The translations under genes and the position numbers were made by a program. The notes beneath the pieces were generated by a model, which had not been told where the DNA came from, searched no databases, and worked only from the letters and a program-made list of their open reading frames with translations. A stretch of 64,000 bases of DNA from Bugula neritina (taxonomy: Eukaryota > Animalia > Bryozoa), in NCBI GenBank assembly GCA_964035545.1, contig OZ037767.1, positions 28,536,628 through 28,600,627 of the forward strand, written 5' to 3'. This document shows positions 12,601-23,462 of this stretch, piece by piece; the first letter of the stretch is position 1, and each line of letters opens with the position of its first letter.

Positions 12601-13354
12601 GCAAAAGAAATGGTGTTATACTTATAAAATCAAGCATTTGCAAAATTATATGTTAGAAACTGCCAGTAATAATTTAAATTAGAAATCAACTTCCTTTTAC
12701 GGTAGGTATGATATGAAGTTTTAAATTTTCAGGTAAAATTCATGCTAAAAATTTAAACGAGTTTTTTTATAAAAACAAGATTGCCTAAGAGTAATGATAA
12801 ATAAAACATAGCTAAAACTAGCAGCAGCTGAAATCAACATTCATAATTATAACTACTAACTTGTCAATTTGAGTATAAAATCTATATAAATATATTATTA
12901 TACTCACAAGTATAGTATATATATATATATATATGGGTCAGTTTACTTCATTTAGTACACACCAGCAAATTATGACCTAACATTTAAGTTTGCTCCAAAT
13001 CCATTGAAATTTACTATACATGGTATTTTTATGTGCTGGTTTTAATTACGCATAACAGCAAAGGCTGGGAGGGGATTCCCCAACATTAAAGCACAGGTCA
13101 TTGTCATATGCACTTAATATTCTATATGCACGGACCGTTACGAAAAAACCGTAACGGTCCGTAACCAAAACTAGCTGAATAATTAGGGAAAAACTTGGGA
13201 AATGAAACAAAATTAAAAAGAACTTTGATTATTTAGGTGTATTTATTGGTGCTTAACTAGTTTTGGCCAAAAAACCATGCTCATTACCAGCTAAATTGTG
13301 AAAAATAGCTAAAAACTGAAGATTTCGAGTGTGTACTAAATTAAGTAAAATGAC

Positions 13355-13426
<72 letters not shown>

Positions 13427-16400
13427 TATTTTCATTAAGTTTTAAGGATGTCAGCAGCAAGTTAAGGGTTATCCCTAGCCCAGCCACAACCCTTCCAACA
13501 CATATCAAGTACCTGAGGCTATGACAAGTTGCCATAAAGGAGCATCCACTGGAATGCCCTGCCTGGTTTGAGCCTCTAAAAACGTCTGCATATCTGCTTG
13601 ATTTCGAACTGGTTGAGTATGGACCAGCACGTGGCGAGAAAGGGCAAAGTTGGAGTCGTCTACCCAAACTAAAGAACCTCCAGCGATTTCCACTAACTTC
13701 TGCGTGAACTTCGGGAAGTACCTTTCATTGGAATCTATAAGAGATTATATAGCAGTGTGTGTACTCAGGCAATAGCGTAACTAGGTACTTGGAACTAGCA
13801 TTGTACTAAAACAATAGCAAGTAAACCACACTGTCAGTATTTTATTCTAAAATAATATATGCAAGTCTAAATTAATTTCCATCAGCAGAAACATTATACT
13901 ATACTACTAGACAAAGAGAATCAAGTAAATCGGTTACCTGACTTTTTCAGAGAGATTAGTCGCTGCTGAATGGTGTGTATGAGAGCCTCCACGTCTAAAG
14001 ACTTTTCCAGTACCACCACAACGCTGTGAATATTCTTAGTTAGTGTCCTTGAAGGGTCATGACTCATACCTGTAACACCAACAGGTAGCTACTGTAACAC
14101 CAACAGGTAGCTACTGTAACACTAACAGGTAGCTACTGTAACACTAACAGGTAGCTACTGTAACACCAACAGGTCACTACTGTAACACCAACAGGTCACT
14201 ACTATAACACCAACAGGTGCTACTGTAACACCAACAGGTAGCTACTGTAGCACCAACAGGTAGTTACTGTAACACTAACAGGTAGCTACTGTAACACCAA
14301 CAGGTCACTACTGTAACACCAACAGGTAGCCACTGTAACACCAACAGGTGCTACTGTAACACCAACAGGTAGCTACTGTAACACCAACAGGTCACTACTA
14401 TAACACCAACAGGTGCTACTGTAACACCAACAGGTAGCTACTGTAGCACCAACAGGTAGTTACTGTAACACTAACAGGTAGCTACTGTAACACCAACAGG
14501 TCACTACTGTAACACCAACAGGTAGCCACTGTAACACCAACAGGTGCTACTGTAACACCAACAGGTAGCTACTGTAACACCAACAGGTCACTACTGTAAC
14601 ACCAACAGGTAGCTACTGTAACACCAACAGGTCACTACTGTAACACCAACAGGTGCTACTGTAACACCAACAGGTCACTACTGTAACACCAATAGCCGCT
14701 ACTGTAACACCAACAGGTGCTACTGTAACACCAACAGGTAGCTACTGTAACACCAACAGGTGCTACTGTAACACCAACAGGTGCTACTGTAACACCAACA
14801 GGTGCTACTGTAACACCAACAGGTCACTACTGTAACACCAATAGCCGCTACTGTAACACCAACAGGTGCTACTGTAACACCAACAGGTAGCTACTGTAAC
14901 ACCAACAGGTGCTACTGTAACACCAACAGGTGCTACTGTAACACCAACAGGTGCTACTGTAACACCAACAGGTCACTACTGTAACACCAACAGGTCGCTG
15001 CTGCAAACAACTGCTCTAGTAGTAACAGTAATGCACTCACTGAGATACCAGTACACTTTCACCTAGTCTACATATGAGAAGTACTGCTCCTCTAACAACT
15101 GACCAAAGAAGATATGCTATTAGATGAAAAAAGTAAAAAGGGCAACTTCTAACTTTGAAATATTACCTCTTGTTTGATGTAAGGGAGTGAGACTAGCCCG
15201 GATATGATCAGACAAGCAATGAATTATGGGATATGATTGAACAAGCAATGAATTATGTAAGATATTCAAATTTGACGGATACACCTACACAAAGTAAGAC
15301 TGTCGAGAACGTACCAGCTGCTTCTCTCCCACTCTGCATGTTGACTTCTTCAACTTTCACCGCGCCGTTCTCAGCTTTTACCCCCTCTATCAGTGGATTG
15401 CCTTCTGCATCCACCCCAACAGAGGTGTTCCTTTGTCTCTGCAGACGTAGCTCCTTGAAGGTCAAAGGTCGGTCATCCGACACTAAAACAGGTGAGTCAG
15501 TCAGCGTCACCACCTTGTCATAGCAGCTTAACGTGCACATGCTGACTTTGACTAATATTATAAAAACGCTAAAGAAAAATAAAATTTAGTTCTAAATGAT
15601 CGGAAATTTCTTCAGATAATAAAATGAGCATACTTATCCAGAGAGATTCTGTAGGAGTGGCAAACACACGGCAGTGACATTCAAATGCATGTCTACCACA
15701 GGTGCATGGTATGCAGCATAGTAACAGCAGTCTTCTACACACGTATGTCTACAGTATTACATGTATTATACACACGTATGTCTACAGTATTACATGTATT
15801 ATACACACGTATGTCTACAGTATTACATGTATTATACACACGTATGTCTACAGTATTACATGTATTATACACACGTATGTCTACAGTATTACATGTATTA
15901 TACACACGTATGTCTACAGTATCACATGTATTATACACACGTATGTCTACAGTATCACATGTATAAGGTCAAATAGTACCAACTAACTATGCCAAAAACA
16001 GTAAATCCAGTCGAGATATTTTTAGGAAACAGAAATGAGACTAAATAAATGGCAAACTAGCATGATGAGAGAGCATGAAGGAAAAGTATATATTCCTTGC
16101 TATGCTGTATCTCAGTAGTAAGCTTAAATTCAAAACGTTGAGTGTAAGCCGCTCACATAAGAACTGGAAAATTACACTATAAATATTCAGGGTCAAACTA
16201 TAACATGGCTGACATCACCTGTCATTAGCAAACCTATGGTCTTAGTAAAGGGGCATAATATATGTGCGAATTGCATTACCATAGCCAAACAATAAAAAAA
16301 ATTTTAATTCACAATATACTTTGTGAACTTTCAAATACAATTTGAACTGTGAAATAAAAGATTCAGTTTTTAGTTAAAGTTGTTTGATTTCAATTTTTGT

Positions 16401-16658
16401 TGTAAAATGAAATGAAGTTTCATAATTTCTCCTTGTTCACATCAAGACAAATGGAATACACCTTCTCAAGGCATATTTATATGTAACAAGTATGAAATAG
16501 AATCTCACCAAAGGTAGTAGCAGTACCGTAATGGCTATCAGAAAAGGCCAAAGAATGATTGATCCAAGAAAGAAAACGAAGAAAAGCACGGCTGTGTGAT
16601 ACAGGCCGTCTCTGTAGCTATGAATATATGGTGGCAAACCCACTCCAGCAGACGACAT
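6682..16658 (-). CDS. WS/DGAT (wax ester synthase/diacylglycerol acyltransferase)-family protein with N-terminal TM and long S/P-rich C-tail, ~826 aa, 16 exons
   Basis: Exons 16658-16462, 15734-15634, 15551-15315, 14069-13938, 13734-13513, 12376-12213, 11522-11405, 10951-10813, 10387-10284, 9979-9805, 9312-9114, 8537-8433, 8290-8116, 7652-7583, 7136-7017, 6904-6682 give 2481 nt with consistent phases. Motifs: YFPKFTQK, WVDDSNFALSRHV, PLWQL, RFHGAMYDGVTL, WS..LNL..K..GMTFTDLLL, VPFDL, SFDGP, FISYSG. The first donor (16461) and the 10813-10387 junction are uncertain. Confidence 0.8.
7137..7340 (-). repeat. ~30-33-bp minisatellite, ~7 copies, reiterating a 3' splice site
   Basis: Minus-strand unit ttcactgtttctactgtgtag; the last copy's AG is the acceptor of exon 7136-7017. 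Confidence 0.9.
8740..9126 (-). repeat. 33-bp minisatellite, 12 copies, reiterating a 5' splice site
   Basis: Minus-strand unit ATGTCTCAACAG|GTTAGTCTGAGATATG(C/T)TGAC; ctaac seen at 8746+33n up to 9109. The first copy carries the donor of exon 9312-9114. Confidence 0.95.
9565..9816 (-). repeat. 23-bp minisatellite, 11 copies, reiterating a 5' splice site
   Basis: Minus-strand unit TCTAGTCACAAG|GTAAGTCATAG; the first copy is the donor of exon 9979-9805. Confidence 0.95.
10005..10150. repeat. 14-bp minisatellite (taggtatgtacaca-like), ~10 copies, intronic
   Basis: Read directly. Confidence 0.85.
12935..13356. mobile_element. 422-bp non-autonomous TIR element (MITE) inserted in an (AT)n tract
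   Basis: Left end gggtcagtttacttcatttagtacacac and the reverse complement of the right end gggtcattttacttaatttagtacacac match at 26/28. Both flanks are (AT)n and there is no ORF. Superfamily uncertain. Confidence 0.85.
14070..15000 (-). repeat. 21-22-bp minisatellite, ~43 copies, reiterating a 3' splice site
   Basis: Plus-strand unit ctgtaacaccaacaggt(agcta/cacta/gcta) = minus-strand ...cctgttggtgttacag. The last AG (14071-14070) is the acceptor of exon 14069-13938. Variant blocks recur (higher-order structure). Confidence 0.95.
15735..15965 (-). repeat. 33-bp minisatellite, ~7 copies, ending at a 3' splice site
   Basis: Unit tacacacgtatgtctacagtattacatgtatta. The terminal copy reads cgtgtgtAG on the minus strand (acceptor of exon 15734-15634), where internal copies read cgtgtgtat. 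Confidence 0.9.
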
Positions 16659-18639
16659 AGTTGAGACTGTAACACACTACATAGCCTCTACAGATCTCTC
16701 CATCACAACATCTAAAACAAGATGCATGGCACAATGAAGACATCTCGGATAAACTGGACATAAAGATAATAATAGTAAAATGTCAATATAATCTACAAAT
16801 ATAATGCAATACATCAAGAAAACTACAAAGAAATACAGCATTGGTTCTTACCAACATCATTATATGCGTAGATCAACTGAATACAAACATCTAACTGCTG
16901 ACAGCGGCAGCAATATTGATAAAATGTCAGTCTGTTGAAATTAAAAGCTAATGACCAGGTCAATGTATACTAAAATAGTAAAATATAGAGACCGACTATA
17001 AAATCACACTTCTAATGGTGTGATTAGCTGAAACTGAGGGTTGCATAAAGTTAAGTGACGCTTTCTAACCAAACTAATCATTAGTGTTAATGAAGAACAA
17101 ATCTCGGGTTATATAAGATTTGTAAGGATGCATTTGATTGGTCAAATACATAAAATTTTGCAGGCAGTAAAAAGCTTGGTTATGAATAAGATTATTAAAA
17201 ACAAACTTTAAAAATATGTATAAAATCATAAATTACCTGTACAAAATTCCTTAAGAAAGCTTTTTAATATTTTCAAAATTTTCAAATACATGTATAAATC
17301 TACTATATGCTTGCTTAAACTTATTCTAAAAAAAACTATCAAACATTGAGCTCTATAAAAGAAAAAAACTATGAGTAATTTTTTTATTCATTTTTGTTCG
17401 TGAATTTCTTATTCTAAAAAATCTTGTAACAAATATTATGGGTAAAGCTTTTCAACTTTTAGATTTTATGAGCATAAAATACTCAATATTCAGTTTTCTT
17501 GAGCTATAAGTCAAAATTACTGAGCAAAAGCTGCCAGATTAAGATATCCATCTACTCGTCTTATACAATCTGAAGATTCACACACATTGTGAGAACTTAT
17601 TACAGACATGTATATAATGTTGCTAGAAACATATAATTTTATTAGTAACTACGTAATGTAATGAAATGGCTAACAACAAAAGCTCCTTTTTGAATGTGAA
17701 AATAGTTGCAGAGTGTTTATTGCTACATTATGAAAGACTTAGAAATGACACTTCTTGGACTCTATAATGACAGCGCTAACAACTTTCATATTTAATTTGC
17801 AGATGCTTTAGCTTTTTCTTAAGATGCTGATTATCTAGCATTTTCTATTTAGATCATCAGATCGACGTTTTCACATAAGCACAGTCTACGACATACTTGA
17901 AAATGCCTGAATAGCCTATTTTTCTGAAAAATTAATTACTTTATCATATTTGTGTAATACTTTTCTCATACTTCATTGATTTTTAGAGAGGTGAACATTA
18001 CTGCTAAGCAATACAAGATGCTAAACAAAAGGTTACACATGTATAGCAATGTCATAAGTTATCAAGTCTTTTGTTCAACTTAGGCATCAAAAATAACATT
18101 GCAAAATATTTATCTGCAACAATTTTCATAGAAATAAATCAATTCCAGCGTCAGTCTGAGAAAGAGATCCTCTTGCAGGGTGTGTTGAAATGTTATGTAA
18201 ACACTAGCTAAAGGCTATCTAACTGATATGGACTATAATGAATCTAACGAATTATATAAACAATGTAACGGTTTAGAGTTTAGATTGGCAAACAACCAAC
18301 TTGAAGGTGGCTAATGTAGCTTCCAGAAATGAGTTGTAAAAAGTAAGGAACTAAAATCAGCAGACATTTATTCTGCAAAAACCCATCAATGAGCCAACAG
18401 CTTGATATATAACCATTTATCTACCACTTCCTTGCAGAATCATGTTTCACTGAAGTTTATGGCATCAGAGAGGCTTATAAAAGATTAAGTAAAATTTTTT
18501 AACTTATCATACATACATAAAGAAGGTTTTCAACAACAGATATTTATTATCAAATTAATAAATAAAGTATAGTTATTACAGTACAGCCATATGCAGCTTT
18601 GTCATCAAGTAAATGCAGACAAAAAGCCATTTACCAATA

Positions 18640-19460
18640 AACCCTGTAACTAAATATCACTATGACTACCACTATGATTATGCAATCTCATATCAGTCAG
18701 TAGACATAGTCACCTGTAAATCAAAGCAAAAGCAATATTAGTATTAGCAATCATAGTAGTATTATTACTACTAAATCTAATACTATTACTTATTAGTTTA
18801 AGTTATTACTAAATAAATTAAAATATACAATATTTATATCAATATTATATTTGTTATATTTAATACAATAATACATAGATAACTATAATAATCATCATCA
18901 CAATGTAATTAATGTTTATGTTACCTAACTCTAAGGCTAAGAGTAAATTTAAAGCCATAGATGATAGTCATATTCATAGGCTCTAGGTATAACATTAACT
19001 GGGCCTGCCAGTGCCACTGTGACTGTAACTGTAAGACCAAATGCAAGCTAGTTGAAGAAGTAATACTAGAAATAAATCACATTTTAATTACTACTAGTAT
19101 TATAATAATACTGAGTCTGATAGTGGTAGTGAAAGTGAAAACCACAATGATCCAGACAATGAGTATCAGTATGAGAATCACAACGACAATGTGAAACTGA
19201 ATGTCAACTTGAAGTTAATGACAACCATAACCATAATCATAATGATAATCATTATCATGATAAATACAATCATTATTTTATAATAATCATAATGATAATC
19301 ATAACGATAATTATTATCATAATGATAATCATAATTATAATAATTATAATCAAATTCAACTGTCAACCGCAATGTGAAACTGAATGTGAATCAGAATGTG
19401 AATGTAATCACCCTGCTGGGCTGCAAGTGCAAGTTCCAAGCTGTAATAATTATAATAAGT
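18640..19460. repeat. Degenerate 3/6-bp-period low-complexity tract ((ATA/ATC)n, TGAATG-like)
   Basis: Read directly; gives spurious Ile-rich ORFs. Confidence 0.7.
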
Positions 19461-22400
19461 ACTGGGAAGTCTATTTCATTTTAGAGAATAGATATCTAGA
19501 TAATAACATAAAGTATTACACCAAACAGAAACCAAATTGTAAAAATTACTTTGTACTGCCACTTGTGCTAAGTTGAACTTGAAGTTGTATAAAATTCACC
19601 AAACGATGCTGCAAGAACTTTACTTTAGTTATACTGATAGAACTTAGCCTTTGGTTGAAGGTTGCTTGAGATTCATCTTCAATACGAATGTTAGCTATTG
19701 TGTTTACCTTGAATTTATCTATTCTTGCGATCTGTGAACCGTAAAGAATTTGAGGCTAAGAAAGCAGACAACTTCCTATTATATTGTCCACGAGAGCCTC
19801 TAGAGCTTTTTACTTTTTACTGCAAATTGTGGAGTCTCGTTGTACTAGCTAATACAGTATTATTAGAATTTAAATATGAATGCTGTGAGTTTTTAGTCTG
19901 TTGAAAAACTTTAGATTCTAGCATTTGGCTAAATATAAATACCCTGGCTAAAGCTGCAGATATAGGTTGTAATTACTATAAAGTATAAATAAGCAAAATA
20001 ATTGCTATGAAGTATAACTGTATGCATGGTTTATGTAATATTTTATTAGTAGAATATGCAGTTAGTACGTAATTAAATGGTACTGATGATGGCTTTTTTT
20101 GCAAAACTACAGGTATAGGTGCTATAGCTTCATAAAATATAATGCTGAATATAGTATATTATGTAGCAATTAAAAGCTTTTGTGTATGTTATGATTGCAA
20201 TATGATAGTTTGGGTGGTTGTTTCATGCTGAGAAAAAGGTGAAAAACGTAGGATAAGAATAAGCTATAGCACTTTATTGTTAAGCCTTTTAGCCTCATGG
20301 CACATATGGCATGCTCATGAAACATCTAGTATTTTTAATTTGAATTATTTCTAACATTTGAAAGAAATGGTGATTGCTGTTTTACTTGTATTTACAGCTT
20401 GTATATTTTTGGTTTAAAGAAGAGTTTTGCATCAATAATCTCCTACACCATTCTCTTAGTTTACACAGTGTATTGCCATAGCTTATACTAAATGGCTGGG
20501 CCATTAATATTCAGAGAGGAACTTATAATGTGGAGAAATCGTAGACGAATTATAGAGTTATCTCCTCTACAAAGTGGAGTATTTTGTTAATCTCCGCCCA
20601 TATAGACCATAATAATTTTATTGGCTATTTAATTCATATAACACGTGCGCGCTAGCCATTGTCAAAATATATAACATTAGTATAAACTATTCAAGTTTTA
20701 TCGACAGAAACTTAATATTATGAGCTATCAGGACAGATATTCTACGTAAATTTTAAAGGATTAGTAAACTTTTAGAAAATTATTGTACAAGGTTACTTAC
20801 TGGCTACTGGCCATGAAAGAATAAGAATAAGGTAATGTGTTCTAGAAATAGCTAAATAAAACAATATTAATATTATTGTTAATATTTACTACCAAAAAAT
20901 GAGAATTGAAAAACTATAGCACAGACTTAAGTTAATGTTTGCAAAAAGCTTGTTACCTAATAACATTCATCTGCTAAGCCATGTGGTAAATATGTCAAAG
21001 TTTTAAGGTTTTTGGAGGAATACTATGCATATTATTAATAATGACTTATGTTTCTAACTTTAGGTTGAATAGTAAGTTATTCTTATTCGATTATCATTAA
21101 GTAGTAAGCCTTAGAGCAGTACTGAGTGTATATGAAGAAGGACTTGCTACACAGTCTAACGGCCTCTCTTTAGACTAGTTAGAGAGTGAAGTTTGTGGGC
21201 TATTCATAGAAATTGGTAGTGTTTTCAAAGTTGATATAAGCTATTTATTATCTTACCTTTGATTTCTCTATAATAAAACCTGTGCATAATATACAATATT
21301 TGATAATACCTAAGGCTAAGTTTTTACAGACTGGGCAGAGATTGTATTATTCCTTCATTCAAATTTAAGAATTGGCTAGTAGTACAACAATGGTTTATTC
21401 ATACTATGTTGGTAAAATGAAAACCTGGATATGCATACTTGAAAGCTGATATCAAACTTGATAAATAACATCAACTACCTTATTTTTAGTAGAGAAAGGG
21501 TGTTAAATTAAGGTTTTGGCTTGTTTTTAATTTATTAAGCAAAGCTTGAGTTCTTAAACTTGTTGTAGGTACAGCATGTGTGAAAATTAATAAAGCTTGT
21601 TAAAAGTTTAGCATAGCTGCTGAATAAAAACTTAAGTAAAAGAACTGAAACTAGCAAGATCTCTTCATCACTTTGGATACTATCAGTTTGGTATTACTAT
21701 TAGATTCCTTGAGTAGTTGAGTGGCAAGATTTTATGTTAAGCAATATTATCTACTTGAATTCTAGTTAAACAGCTATTTGCAAACGGTTAATAGTGATAG
21801 ATGATTTACTTCTATAATAAATCATTTATATATGTGTTGGTAAACCTTACAGAGGCATTGGCTACTAAGCTCAAGTGGTAAAGACAGGGGTAGCTAATAC
21901 CTATAAAATACAGCCTAAGCCAAATACAATGGATAGCCAATCTGGAGTAAAATATTTATTGTTCTGTTTGGATCTGTTTAACTCTTTGAAACTGCAAGAT
22001 AATTTTAAATCATCTCCAAAAAATATTATTGGAGTGACATATAAAACACTCTAATTGAACAGTTTTTTTGTGAACTGGAAACTTCTGCTGTACCATTGCA
22101 TTCTCACCGCGGCTATAATAATACTAATCATATGACTATACAGTTTACTTGATTCTTCAATAAACATGTACGACTAGCATACTTATGGTAATTTGGTACG
22201 TTTTTTCATGTATAATGTATGGTTTCACCGCGCCTCTGGGCATACTTATCAAGCAAATTGCTGTAGCTATACACCCAGCTGCCTAGAAACTTCTGTCAAT
22301 CTCACAGCATGTTTCTAATGTGGTTAGACTAACTCTTCCAGGTACAGTATGAATTCCAACTACCACAATCTGTTACGGCAGTATTAAATATTCAAAAGGT

Positions 22401-23462
22401 GTTGGGAAGTTTGTTTTCTTATTTAATTTTCAACTGAAAGTTTTTTAGCACAACTTAAAAAGGTTGTCACTTTACTCTATCAAGTGTTAAGCTTATCAAG
22501 ATTATGGCAGTTAAACTTTATCCTAGCTGGTCTTTTATTGCTTAAGCTGAAAGTGAAATAGTATTAGCATGTTTTATTACTTACATATAGATTAGTACCT
22601 TCTCTGCTACCCGAACAGGACAAAGTGGAGATAGGTGAGAATATAGATTAGCACCTTCAGTATTTTACTTGTAATCAAAATAGTGAAATGACTGTAATAA
22701 CTGTAAAATATAATATGTTAAATGTATGTTTAGTATGAGATAAGGTCTAAAATATTAAGACTATTTTAGAGTTTTGGATACAAGGGGCATAACTCCCAAT
22801 CTACCCCATAGCTGTTCTAATCAATAGCTGATGTATTAAGAGTCATAGCAAGAGGTGTATTTTTCCGGAATACAATGACAAAATCCATGACTGCTTTGTA
22901 AATAGCTCTTCCTGGGGTAGCTTACTGATTTTTATAGCCTGATCAAACAATCCTCAAGTGTGCTCAGGCATTCAAGTCTATTCGTCATATTGTTGAAGCA
23001 TCTGCTGTCTTTGTTTTTGAGAGATGGCAATTATAAAGCGTATGCTTAACATAGTATCTTACCAATGCACAACATTTTATACGTTAAGTCAATTTATTGA
23101 TTCAATCAGACAAAGGCATTAGGAAATCAATTAAGATTTCAGATAATGGTGCAAAGCTTTAATTGGCTGTTATATTGTTATTTACCTTACAATCAGGCAT
23201 TGGCACAAGTCACTTCTATATAACATTATACAATATACGTTATTATTACTGTAGCTTGTACGTTGTTGTTAATAGACTCTCTCTATGTTCATTAGTTTGG
23301 CTTACCACTAGGCAGAGGTTAAAGTAGCATCTAGTGTATACATGTACATATTGGGAGTGGGTAATACAACTTCTGGACATTATAGGGTTGATGAGGCAAA
23401 TGGTTGCTTACAAAAGCTGAAACATTACAGCAGACATTGAAGATAAAGTTCTCTAATCGAAT

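Noticed and set aside
16-15965. Regular repeats as CRISPR arrays
   Set aside because: Head-to-tail units with no unique spacers, no cas genes, and a eukaryotic intron context.
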